Source: Calcarisporiella thermophila CBS 279.70
Lineage: Eukaryota > Fungi > Calcarisporiellomycota
Direction: 5' to 3'
Assembly: GCF_041956535.1 (NCBI RefSeq)
Contig: NW_027192213.1
Location: 115,111-179,110 of the forward strand
Length of the DNA stretch: 64,000 nt
Positions 12,487 to 23,683 of this stretch are shown piece after piece. A program made the position numbers and the translations under genes. Below the pieces are notes generated by a model that did no database searches, was not told where the DNA came from, and saw nothing but the letters and a program-made list of their open reading frames with translations. Positions within the stretch are counted from its first letter, which is position 1, and every line of letters starts with the position of its first letter.

Positions 12487-14641
12487 ATGGAAAGGGAAGT
12501 AGAAGTGCTGTCCATTGATCCACAGTCATTGGCCGAATTTGAGACATGGTTGCGCGCCCATGGTGCCCATTTTCCCAAACTTGGTTTTCAAGGAGGTAAC
12601 TATTGTCATGCCCGCACATGCGGTACTTTGCCTGACCTCTTTGATTAATTTCAATGTGCTAAAAGACATCAGCAACATGGGCGGTGGAGTAGTTGCCACT
12701 TCATCCATAGATCCTAATGAGCCCCTTGCATCTGTCCCATTAAAACTCTGCATGACTCTGGCTAAAGCTTTCGAAGCCTACCCCTTTTTCCAATCCCTTT
12801 TTTCTCCCTCTCATCCCAAAGGCGTATCGCGTACCAGTATCCTCGCTGTCTATCTCGCGCTCGAATCATTGAACCCCTCTTCCTTCTATCGTCCATATTT
12901 GGATACTCTTCCGAGAAATTCATGGAACATGTCGCAGATGGCGGGTGCCGATTTGAAGTGGTGGTTTAAAGGAACCAACTTAGGAGAGGGCGTGGTCGAG
13001 GAGAGATTGGAGATATTGAGGCAGGATTTCAAGTGGATTTCTGAGATATTGGTGAAGGAGAACCTATGGGATCCGCGGCTTGAGTGGTATAAGGTTTTTT
13101 TTTTGGCGTCCCAATCGAGAAGTTCACTAAGGATAATTTACTATGGAAAGGGATTTGTTCTTGTGGGCCAACTTCATGGTGTCTTCGCGAGCTTTCCCGC
13201 AAAACGTGCTCTTTCCTGACGAAGGCTTGGGACCTAGCGAGATGATGGTGCCACTCCTAGGTAAGCGACAGCAAATGAGTAAGCTGTGCTGAATGGAAAA
13301 GAGCTCATTCATCCTTTCCACGTAATTAGATATGTTCAATCATAATTTTGGCCAAAAAATAATTTGGCAAGGCCGAGATGGAAACGTAGAATTTATATCC
13401 AATGATACCATTAAGGCTGGCGAGCAGGTATACAACAATTATGGTGGAAAGGTAATCTATTCACGATCGACTGATATTCGAGTATGGAGCTGCTTTGATG
13501 ACTGATATCTTCCCTCTCCGAACTAGTCCAACGAAGAACGTTAGTAACCCCGTTGTATAGTGTGTTGGGTGCTGGTTTTTCTAATTTAACGCGTCTTGCC
13601 TCTCATATAGTCCTTCTGGGGTATGGATTCTGTATCGAGGTAAGAGCCCTTGATTCGCTTAATTATATCTTGATCGGCCCTTGCTCCATGTCGATGTTTG
13701 TATTTCCTATAGGATAATCCGCTCGATTACGTCGCGGTTAAGCTCAATTTCTCTGGCCCAGCCGCCGCGAGTCAGCGCGATTCCATTCTGAAACGTCATG
13801 GCCTCCCCCTACGACACTTTCTCCGTCGCCAAGGAGACCTCCCGAGTGAGCTGCTTGCTTCCCTTCGTATCCTAGTGGCCAACGACATGGAACTGGCGAG
13901 CTCCGACATGAATATTGAATTTATCGGGCCCCGAAATGAGCTGGCCATGCTGTCCACACTCTCTGACCTATTGAAGCGAAAACTATTGGCCATCAGAAAC
14001 GGAGGCATAGATCTCCCCACGCCAACAAGCCGGTGGCAACATTATGCAAAGTGGTATCGTAGGGGACAGGAGCTGGTTCTGCTCCATTCCGTCGAGCAGC
14101 TTCAGCGCTTGCAACGCAAGGCGATGAAAGACTTGCGGGACATCGTTGGCGTTGATGAGCAGCAGGATCCTCTTTTGTGCATTTTGAATGGGATGAATGA
14201 GGATGCAGTATTCCGAAACACCGTCTTGCAGCTATTTGGGGATTCATGGAGCGAGCAGGAAGAGGTGTGCATGATGTTGCTCTTGATATGGGAGAGGAAG
14301 AAAAAGGCTTCGCTTTGGAGCGAATTCTTGATTGAGGCTGGGAAAGGATACGAGTGACTATCTCTCCACCTAAGAGCTCTCCCAAAAACTGCAATGCTCA
14401 TTGCCATCCTTGTCTTTTTACCTCCTTTAGGCGTTACGACGATCCAGACCTTCAGGAGATTTACGAAGATCTCGCCTCTGACTTGGAGCTGCTCTTCTCC
14501 ATGCCTGTTGCGTTTGCGGATTTCCAATGGGCTGCCAAGGTACTGGATGACTGTGGTGCGACGATTTCCATGCCAGGGGAGCCAGGAGCGCCTAGGTTTT
14601 GCATTGTCCCCCTGTCGCGGTCGAAACCCGCGGCCGGTTAG
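12487..14641 (+). CDS. SET-domain protein lysine methyltransferase (Rkm1/Efm1/SETD3-type, multi-exon including 13-nt and 29-nt exons)
   Basis: Motifs FETWLRAHGA, GGGVVAT, SFYRPYLDTLP, FLWANFMVSSRAFP, MVPLLDMFNH and GEQVYNNYGGKSNEELLLGYGFCIEDNP, which are the signature of Rubisco-LSMT-type SET proteins. Confidence 0.85.
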
Positions 14642-15408
14642 GGAACAAACGGCTTTTCCAAACCATTAGACATGTCTGAAACCTGCCTGTTCTTCTTTCC
14701 TCTTTAATATGGATATGAATAGAAAGTCTCGGACGAGACAGCAACCCATTTAGCTGTAAATGAATGTGTGGCAAACTTTCTTGGGAGATTTGCAAAGTGA
14801 GCGTCTGCTCATTTGGGTTTTCTCGCGGGCCAATCAGGCTTCGCAACCTGAATGCAGGCCATTTCGTCGTGGCTTGCTCTCACCATAAGGGGGGGGGAGA
14901 GGAGGACGCCTTAACCTTAAAAAAGGGCATTGGCTAAGGATGGAGGCCGGCTGCATTGCAGTTCCTGTGCTCGGCAAGCCAATTTGACTGTGAGCCTTCC
15001 CAGTTCTCTTCCTTTGATTAAAGGTCTCATCCGCACGCAGCTTATTCATTCATGCCATCTGATACATACTGCCGCCAGGACATCGACTCATCCTCTGGTT
15101 CAAGCAGACCAAGCAGGCATCGAATTGGGCCTAGCGTCCCCCCATCCAACCGGAAACCAATGCATCCGCATCCCACCCCACGGTGCGGCGTGGGAGGCGG
15201 TTTGATGGGACGGCGGCGCGAAACGGGAAAACAGAATAAGCTCCGAGGAGTGCTTTTGCACACACGCTCGGGCAAGAGTGGAGCCGAGGCTGAGGGATGC
15301 AGCCAACGCGCTGCGCGTGTGGAAACAGATAGCAGTGTGTTTCGATAGAGTTAATGGCCTGCGCTTTCCATTCAAACACGGCCAAATAGGAAACCATCCA
15401 TGCTAAAA

Positions 15409-15780
15409 TCACTGTTTATTCTCTGTGGCGGACCGAGCGCATGGCGGATCAGGAGGGGAGGGGGGCAGCCACCCGGTACGCAGCACACATGAGGCCCCGT
15501 GGTTGGGAAGCCGGGCCAAGCAGAACCGGCAGCGGAGCTTTGGGCTAGGAGGAGTGGTTAGCTTCAGGCTCATACAGCATCGCAAAGGGAGAGCATACCG
15601 GAACCACTGCTTCTCGGTCGCGGCCGGCTCGTACTCTCGGCCATTGGCGGCGGGAGGAGGAGGGGAGGAGGACGAGGCCGGGCTTGGCTGGATGGCCGAG
15701 CAGGATCCATAGTGCTTGGGCTTTTCGCATCCACACTCGACGCAGAAGTAGGCGAGTTCTTGCTGGCGGTTCCCGAGCAT
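15409..15780 (-). CDS. Small uncharacterised protein (~105 aa after splicing) with two C-x2-C-x6-H-x3-C motifs
   Basis: Contains CVECGCEKPKHYGSC and CRFCLARLPNHGASC. A 54-nt in-frame intron at 15545-15598 has a GTATGC donor, GCTAAC branch point and TAG acceptor. Confidence 0.65.
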   Translation of the reverse strand: MLGNRQQELAYFCVECGCEKPKHYGSCSAIQPSPASSSSPPPPAANGREYEPAATEKQWFRYALPLRCCMSLKLTTPPSPKLRCRFCLARLPNHGASCVLRTGWLPPSPPDPPCARSATENKQ

Positions 15781-16412
15781 TGCGACGAGGGCCCACAGGG
15801 GAACAGGAGCAGGAGCTCAAGTGATTGCGAACGTGTGAAACAGCTCCCCCCCCCCCCCTTCGCACCCCCTTTGTTTTGGCCTCCTCCTGCGACCCCCACC
15901 GATGGTCGATTTTGAAATGACACCAGTTGATCCTGCAAGAGCAATGGCAAGAGCCAGCATATGCATTGTGAGCTGACATCACCACGCATGGCGGGCGATC
16001 CTAAAGCGGGATAGCCAGCAGAACTCTAAAACCAGTATCCTCGAACAGTTCTAAAGAGAGCTTGCAACATAAGCTGAGCAGAAAATTCCATGGTGAAATC
16101 CCATCAATCATCTGCTGGAGAGTGTAAAACTGGATTTATAGAAAAAGGAATCGACCATAACACAGGTGTAAAACAGATGGAATATGCGAGAAGAAGGAAG
16201 AAGGAAATAAAGCACTAAAACAGTATCCTATAAGCAATGTTATCAGATAACCAAAAAGGGGAGTGAAAGAGGCCGAATAGGCTATTACAAGGAAAGACGT
16301 CAAAAGACACCGGAGCAGCAGGGAGGAGAGGGCAAGGGGCAGGGCAGAAGGCAGGTTAGGGAGAGGGGGGTATACACAGGTACAGACAGCATATGGTACA
16401 AGGGGAGATAGT

Positions 16413-16592
16413 TCAACCAAACGTCCGCCATCGGCATGCTTCTCTATGTGCGGGAAACTCGCCGCTACAGTATTGACATACCAAACGCTGGTACATGTAA
16501 TGACCGGGTCCGGCTATGCTGCATGGCCATTGCTTTCCGCAAGCACAGTACTGGCTGATTATCCAGGAGATTTCGGTGATGGGAGCCATCAT
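16413..16592 (-). CDS. 59-aa microprotein with a C-x2-C-x6-H-x3-C motif (below the ORF-track cutoff)
   Basis: Translated by hand as MMAPITEISWIISQYCACGKQWPCSIAGPGHYMYQRLVCQYCSGEFPAHREACRWRTFG*. It has the same Cys/His spacing as the neighbouring gene, TATATAAA about 100 bp upstream, and a pyrimidine-rich 3' region. Confidence 0.6.
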   Translation of the reverse strand: MMAPITEISWIISQYCACGKQWPCSIAGPGHYMYQRLVCQYCSGEFPAHREACRWRTFG

Positions 16593-16694
16593 GAGAGGAT
16601 TAATGTCGGCTGGGAATAAGAATTCCTCAGAGGAATAATTAAGGGGGGAGATGGGTGGAGGCTGGGGAGAAGAAGGAGAGGTGGACAGGGAGGA

Positions 16695-16702
16695 TTTATA
16701 TA
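16695..16702 (-). promoter_or_regulatory. TATA box for the 59-aa microprotein gene
   Basis: Minus-strand TATATAAA followed by a CT-rich leader and then ATG at 16592. Confidence 0.5.
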
Positions 16703-17775
16703 TTTAATCGCCAAAGGAACGATTACCGAAGCAATCGAGTGGTGGGGATTCGTTTTTTTCCTATTGCCAAAAAAAAAATAGAAAAATAAAGCAGCTCTAA
16801 TTTTGCATCGGCTCCACTGAGCTTGCCCGGATCCCAGAGCAACTTGGGCGATTCTGGGGTCGGCCGTGGAGGGGGGGTGCAGAAACAGGTGGGTTCCCAA
16901 TGCGGGAGGTTAGCATCATGGCCCATTTTATTCGATCTGGAATCTGGGGTGTCGCAGCAGGTCGATTTCATGGACCTAATCCAGATCCCAAACAGGAATC
17001 GCATCCCACGACCAGCCAGCAGCTCGAACCTTCCTTCTTTGACACTTGTTTCGAGCCATTGCTGCGACGGTGGTCTTAGTCCAAACGGGTAGGCTAAGTT
17101 GCACTTGGCCGGGCGATTCTCTGCCGAGATGTTACCTTCTCCTACGGGCTGTAGGGTGGACGGCCGGCAAAACATGACCTGGTTCCCGTCTCCTTCCCCA
17201 TCTCGCCTCCCAACCAAGCATCAAGATAAGCTTCGGGTGGGGATTGCGTCATGGCCCCACCACCCAGCATGACAGAGACTACCGTGATCCGTATGGCCTG
17301 AGCATCCATGCAACTCAACCAGTGTTCAAGGTCACACTTTATGTGATAAATGACTGTCGCTCCATTTATGAAGTGTGGAAGCGTGCCGAGCTGCCTGCTG
17401 GGCTGCTCATGTGAATAAGACCATATCGACCAAGGACCAACTCAACGTGCGTTCACTCCTCTGCAATGAGGCCGCTGGCCAATTCTACTGAAAGCAAGGA
17501 GGATAGGTTAGGGAACTTGGCTCCTCTCTATGCATTTTCTCGCACTTTCGGTTGATCATACCAAAGATACCAAAGCAACCGAAACCTACCCTGTATCGAG
17601 TGGGGTAAGGGTACTGACTATTGGTTTTCCATCTACCCTCGCATACGAGAGACGAGCAGGAAATCGAAATTCCGGCGCATATAGAGTGGTATGAAGCGAC
17701 GTTTCGGGGGAGCTGTCCAACATGGCATTTGCTCTCAACGCCGAATTAGCTATTTTTTGAAAATGCTGCGCCTCA

Positions 17776-17841
17776 AGAAAATGCTGGAATTCTCGGGAGA
17801 CTGGTGGCAATTTCGAGGGAGGCGATTTGAAAATATATATA
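17776..17841 (+). promoter_or_regulatory. Imperfect heat-shock element and TATA box of HSP70
   Basis: aGAAaaTGCtgGAAttCTCggGAG is an nGAAn array with mismatches at 17776-17799. TATATATA is at 17834-17841. Confidence 0.5.
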
Positions 17842-17949
17842 GGTCCTCGACACGCCCATTCTCGGAGGTTCGCAACATTTACATTCCTCAACTGTGAATA
17901 ATATCTTACCTTATACACGTCTGTACATAATACCTAATCACTACACACA

Positions 17950-19872
17950 ATGACAAAAGCAATTGGAATTGACTTGGGAACCACCTACTCATGCGTGGGC
18001 GTTTGGCAGAATGACCGGACCGAGATTATCGCCAATGACCAAGGGAACCGCACAACGCCCTCCTACGTTGCATTCACCGACTCCGAGCGCCTGATCGGCG
18101 ATGCGGCCAAGAACCAAGCAGCCATGAACCCGGAGAACACCGTATTCGATGCGAAGCGTCTGATCGGCCGTCGTTTCAACGATCCCGAGGTTCAATCCGA
18201 CATGAAGCACTGGCCATTCCGCGTCGTCGACCGGAAAGGCAAGCCCTACATCGAGGTCACCTTTAAAGGGGAGAAGAAACAGTTCACTCCCGAAGAGATC
18301 TCGGCCATGGTGCTCACCAAGATGAAGGAAACCGCCGAGGCCTATCTTGGTGGCAAGGTGACCAATGCCGTGGTGACGGTGCCCGCCTACTTTAACGATT
18401 CTCAGCGCCAAGCAACCAAGGACGCGGGCATGATCGCAGGACTCAACGTGATGCGTATCATCAACGAACCGACCGCTGCCGCCATCGCGTACGGGCTCGA
18501 CAAGAGGGCCAAGGGGGAGAAGAATGTGCTCATCTTCGACCTGGGGGGTGGCACCTTTGATGTGTCGCTGCTGACCATCGAGGAGGGCATCTTCGAGGTC
18601 AAGGCCACGGCCGGAGACACGCATCTGGGAGGAGAGGACTTCGATAACCGCCTGGTGAACCACTTTGTCCAGGAGTTCAAGCGCAAGTACAAGAAGGACA
18701 TCAGCACCAACGCTCGGGCCCTCCGTCGCTTGCGGATCGCGTGCGAGCGCGCTAAGCGAGCCCTCTCCTCGGCGACGCAGACCACGGTGGAGGTGGACTC
18801 GCTGTACGAAGGCATCGATTTCTACACCTCGATCACGCGGGCCCGCTTTGAAGAGCTGTGCGCCGACCTGTTCCGCACCACCCTCGAGCCCGTGGAGAAG
18901 GTGCTCCGCGACTCGAAGATTGACAAGTCGCAGGTCCATGAGATTGTGCTCGTGGGGGGGTCGACTCGCATCCCAAAGATCCAGAAAATGGTCTCCGACT
19001 TCTTCAACGGCAGAGAACCTTGCAAGTCCATCAACCCGGATGAGGCCGTGGCGTACGGGGCCGCCGTGCAGGCCGCCATTCTGTCCGGCGACACCTCGGA
19101 AAAGACTCAGGACTTGCTGCTGCTCGACGTCACCCCGCTCTCACTCGGTATAGAAACGGCGGGCGGCGTCATGACCAAGCTGATCAACCGCAACACCACG
19201 ATCCCCGTGAAGAAGTCGGAGATCTTCTCCACCTACGCCGACAACCAGCCCGGCGTGTTGATCCAGGTGTACGAGGGCGAGCGTGCGCGCACCCGGGACA
19301 ACAACCTCCTCGGCAAATTCGAGCTGACGGGGATTCCGCCTGCGCCGCGCGGCGTCCCCCAGATCGAGGTGACTTTTGATGTCGACGCCAACGGTATCAT
19401 GAACGTCTCGGCCGTGGACAAGACCACGGGGCGCTCGAACCAGATCACCATCACCAACGACAAGGGCCGGCTCTCGAAGGAGGAGATCGAGCGGATGGTC
19501 TCGGAGGCCGAGAAGTACAAGGCGGAGGACGAGGCCATGGCGGCGCGCATCCAAGCTAAGAACGGGCTCGAGTCCTATGCCTACAGCCTGCGCAACAATC
19601 TGCAGGACGAGAAGATCAAGGGCAAGATTCCGGACCAGGACAGAACGAAGCTGGAGAAGGCCATCGAGGACACCATCCACTGGCTCGACGGGAATCAGGA
19701 GGCCGAGCGCGATGAGTTCGAGGACAAGCAAAAGGAGCTGGAGAAGATTGCGAATCCCATCATGACTCGTATGTACTCCGGCGGCGGCGCTGCCCCAGGC
19801 GGATTCCCGGGCGCTCACGCGAATGGCGATGCCGGTGGTGACAAGGGGCCGACCATCGAAGAGGTCGACTAA
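17950..19872 (+). CDS. HSP70: Cytosolic Hsp70 (SSA family), intronless
   Basis: Motifs [23 protein letters not shown] and a C-terminal GPTIEEVD. Single 640-aa ORF with strong GC3 bias. Confidence 0.98.
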   Translation: MTKAIGIDLGTTYSCVGVWQNDRTEIIANDQGNRTTPSYVAFTDSERLIGDAAKNQAAMNPENTVFDAKRLIGRRFNDPEVQSDMKHWPFRVVDRKGKPYIEVTFKGEKKQFTPEEISAMVLTKMKETAEAYLGGKVTNAVVTVPAYFNDSQRQATKDAGMIAGLNVMRIINEPTAAAIAYGLDKRAKGEKNVLIFDLGGGTFDVSLLTIEEGIFEVKATAGDTHLGGEDFDNRLVNHFVQEFKRKYKKDISTNARALRRLRIACERAKRALSSATQTTVEVDSLYEGIDFYTSITRARFEELCADLFRTTLEPVEKVLRDSKIDKSQVHEIVLVGGSTRIPKIQKMVSDFFNGREPCKSINPDEAVAYGAAVQAAILSGDTSEKTQDLLLLDVTPLSLGIETAGGVMTKLINRNTTIPVKKSEIFSTYADNQPGVLIQVYEGERARTRDNNLLGKFELTGIPPAPRGVPQIEVTFDVDANGIMNVSAVDKTTGRSNQITITNDKGRLSKEEIERMVSEAEKYKAEDEAMAARIQAKNGLESYAYSLRNNLQDEKIKGKIPDQDRTKLEKAIEDTIHWLDGNQEAERDEFEDKQKELEKIANPIMTRMYSGGGAAPGGFPGAHANGDAGGDKGPTIEEVD

Positions 19873-20146
19873 GGGTCTCAATAGAGAGTAGAGGATATGG
19901 AACCCATCTCTTCCATCTTCCCCTGCTTTGTGTGCCAAAAAAACTAAATCTTTTGTTATACTATATCATCATCCATTCATCCATACTTGTCTCTTTTTAT
20001 CCATTTCCATGTACATAATCATCCTCTTATATAGTTCTTGTTGCTTATGGTATATAGCTTGTAGATATGATGATCGGACAAAGTGTATTGAAATAAAAAT
20101 ATAAATATTATAAATGCAAAAAAGAGCGAACCATCTTTATTTTCAT

Positions 20147-22160
20147 CTAATCCCGACAAAGCAGAAGCACATCACCCTGTCTTCGCTTGTCATCATGAAA
20201 ATCAGAGTTGAAGTACCGTTGGCACTAACAAAAAAAAGTGTCCCAGGAGGGGTAAAGTTAGTCACGGAGAACGGAGCAATCCACGTTTTCTTTTGAGCCC
20301 TTACCTCACGATACCCTTTTGTTTCAAGGAGGTGTTTGACTTTGCCATCGCTTCGTGAGAGCAGCTCCTCAAAAATGACTAGGCGATGCGGCCACCAACG
20401 CTGCGGGTTCTCTCCGAGTCTTTGTTGTCCCCCCTTGACCTCTTTCCACTCGACGAGTCTTGTCCGTAGGAATTCGACCGGATCAGCATAGAACTGGTCA
20501 GCCTCGTCAAGATAGTGCGATGCTTTGTTGTGCGCCTCCAAGGGCGGTTCGCACGTCAAAAACCACATCGGAATGGGTTTGTGGAGCGATGCATAGAAGG
20601 GGGTCGAATGGCAAGGCATGAGAAATCCAACACTTTCGCCTGTTCCGGCGGCGTGCTCCCGGAGCTCATGCATGACATCAAGCACCCCGCGTTGGTGCCG
20701 CAAAGCCATGTAGAGCCCCATTGGAACCTGGGTGAGCACCAGTAGAACAATCCAGTATCGGCGATGTCTAGGATGGGAGAGGGAGAGCGACAGCCCGGCG
20801 AAGGCGAGAAGCGGAGGCAAAAGCGGGTGCACGAATCGGAATTCCTTGTGGGGAAGGACACTGTAGAGCACTACGGTGAATCCCACGAGGGCCACCATGA
20901 GTTTTGCCGCGCTTGTGCTGCGAGGATGGGGGGCAGAGCAAGCAAGACGAATGCCGTGCAACGCGGGAAATAGCAGGGTCAAACATAAGACGGGTACTCC
21001 CTGGGTTACATACCAATGCCACGAGTGTACTCCATAGAAAATGGAGATAGAGCGAAAGACATTCACCTCCAGGAAGTGGTAGGGCGTGAAGAGAATTTCG
21101 CCATAGAACAAATAGTCAATCCCAACGAGCATTGCGAGCGCAAAAAACCTATTTCAACGAATATGAGACCTGGTATGAGGGTGCAAAGAGGCAAATTGGG
21201 GCCAATTACATGATTATAGAAACGTTGAGAAGAATGGCCATGGTGTGGTGTCGGTGCCGGTGGAGGAGCTCGAGGCCCAAAAAACCCCACACCAGCGCAT
21301 TGGTTGGGCGGAGCATGCACGAGATGGCCGCCCAGAAAAGGGCCATCCGAAATCTGCTAAGGCATTGAGCAGAGTGTGAGGTATAAACCATGGTTTCTTC
21401 TGAAAAAGAAGGGGACATTTACTGCATCCTCAGCCCTGATTCCGAACTCCATGGCCAGTAAAAGAGGGCCAGCGCCGTGAAAATGGCTTCCATCGAGTTG
21501 GAGAGGGTACGCACGAGGTGGTAGAAATTAAACCAGGATATGACGGAGGAAAAGAGCTTTGTTCCAGAAAAGGGTTTCGCTCCGTGTTAGCAAGCGCAGC
21601 TCATCAAAGTTAGGATATAAAAGGATAGTTACGGTCCACCGGGCAGCATTTCTTCCGAAGAGAATATCCGCTAGCCGATATGTCGCGTATTCGCCTATTC
21701 CGGCCAATATCCCTTGCAAAATCTTTGGACCCAAGAACTGTAAACAAAGGCACATTAATAAAGTCCGGGCCATGATCATAAGCCAGTGTGTCTTCACTAC
21801 CAACAACTTCGTCTGGTCCAGCCGCAACACGTCCAATAATTTATATACTCCCGCAAACAGCAAAGGATGCGCGAAGCTCCTTATTTTCTCCCGCCATTCC
21901 CACGTCAAATAACCATAGCCAAAGACTACCCAATGGGCCACCTCCAAGCTCTGCCAATACTCATCTGGCACCGATTGCGTGCGTATCACGAGCGCATTGG
22001 CTACTCGAAAGACAATGAGCAGGAGGGGCAATCTATACGAAAGAAAAAATGGAGGAGCGACGAATTGCGATGCTTGTGAAGAGGATGAGGAGGTAGGCGA
22101 AGAAGGTGGTCTCGAAGACGGAGGGTTGGGCACTACAGCGCGATGCCTCAGCGAGGACAT
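20147..22160 (-). CDS. GPI10: GPI mannosyltransferase 3 (PIG-B), multi-exon
   Basis: Motifs PDEYWQSLEVAH...FGYGYLTWEW...IRS, RTLSNSME, LRPTNA, FYGVHSWHWY, HKEFRFVHPLLP, FLMPCHSTP, FLTCEPP, and final exon FNSDFHDDKRRQGDV. Confidence 0.93.
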
Positions 22161-22430
22161 TCTAATGGGAAGCGTTGGCGGGATGGGGGTCGAATGCCGA
22201 ATCTTTGCAATTCACAGAACAGCAGTCACATAGCAATAGGTCAACTTTAATTTATTATAGTCAAAATATAGTGAATATTCTTTGAGAGCAGAAAAAAAAG
22301 TGGTACGAAACAGCTTAACAAATAGGAGAAGGTGAAACAAAAATTCTATCTGAGATAAATGAAGAGGGTCGATCTACCCCGACGTATGTTTATTTCGTCT
22401 ACTAGAGTTCATAGTATGGCCATCCGCCGT

Positions 22431-23265
22431 CTAAAGCAAGCATGCCAGAATCACGATAACCAAAAGCGAAGCACCCGCTCTGAGGGTGGTGGCGGAGCTT
22501 GTGGTCACGGACGCCGAGGGTTTAGCGCTTCCACTGGCCGAGGGTCCGAGAGGCGGGAATCCAGAGCCAGAGGCAGACGGGAATAGACCGCCCGTGGCGG
22601 CTGTCGAATTCGCGGCTGAGGAGGGGCCTGCGGCACTCGGAAGGCCGTTGACTCCAGTCGTGGGTTTGGCTCCAGGAAGCAGCGCAGTATTTGTTCCGGC
22701 AGTTCCAGTTGCAGCATTCCCAGGAAGCGGCTTGCCATTGGCATCGATCGTGAAGAAATGGCTGTAGCAGAGATTAGGTGCATTTCCGATTTCCAAGGCA
22801 TAGTCCGAGCCGGGGGGCAAGTCTACCATGGGAAAGGCAGGGGGGGATCAGTAAAAGAGTAGCAGGTAGAGCAGGCACCATGATTGAAAACTTACTGGCT
22901 GGGACGTTCCAAGTGAAAGTTTTCGCGTTGTTGTCAATGCTGGGATTGATGACGGCTACTTCTTGCATCGCAGATGCCAACCCCTTACGCAACTTAATGG
23001 TGACCTTTTGGGCGTTGCCTCCGGGAATCCTTTGTGGCGGAACACAAACACAAAATGATTAGATTTGCAAACCAAAACATCCTCTAGGATGTTGAAGATG
23101 CTACCAATTGATGACCCCCTTATCGCCCAATTTCCATGCTGTCCCGTCGACGGGGTTCGTGATGGAGGGACACTGAGGGGCGGGGGCGGCTGGAGGAACT
23201 TGGGCCGACGCAAGCTGGGCGAGGGCAAAGAGGGTGGCGGCCACTTTGAAAGCAGAGAACATCAT
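22431..23265 (-). CDS. Secreted Ser/Thr/Ala-rich GPI-anchored cell-surface protein (Kre9/Knh1 N-terminal-like domain), 3 exons
   Basis: Signal peptide MMFSAFKVAATLFALAQLASA. Core reads SITNPVDGTAWKLGDKGVINW...KVTIKLRKG...FTWNVPADLPPGSDYALEIG...YSHFFTI, followed by an S/T/A-rich stalk and a hydrophobic C-terminus. Confidence 0.85.
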
Positions 23266-23683
23266 AGCACTGATGAAGGAGCGGAAAAGAGCAAAACAAA
23301 AAGAAAGGCAAAAGCAGGGATGAAGAACAAGAACAAGAGCAAGAAGAGGGAAAGAGGATGCGTAGATTGCAGTAGAGAACTAAGGGATGAGATGGGAGCA
23401 AGGAAGCCAAGGGGAAAATCCGAGTACTTAATTATAGCAGATTAATCTGCATAAAAGAGACGCCGCCGCCCAATCAGGGCGGCCCAGGGGGAAGGTCGGT
23501 TTTACACAAGGGGACGATAATAAAGGCATTTAGGGAAAGGTTTCAGACAAGCGCCTGAAATGTTTATTAAACAAGTACTAGAGGCGAGAGGCGATGATGA
23601 AAGGGCGGGAGGGTGTGCATCTAGAGCAAGCAAATGGATCGGGACCCAAACCAGCGCTGATCGGATCAGTCTTGCCAGCGAGG

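Noticed and set aside
14834-15412. Dense overlapping short ORFs between the SET gene and the zinc-motif gene
   Set aside because: They are GC-rich chance ORFs with no motif, splice signal or repeat support, and probably represent 3' UTR or intergenic DNA.
17989-19938. Long antisense ORFs (316 and 265 aa) opposite HSP70
   Set aside because: Antisense open frames are a well-known by-product of GC3-biased Hsp70 codon usage, and they show no independent protein motifs.
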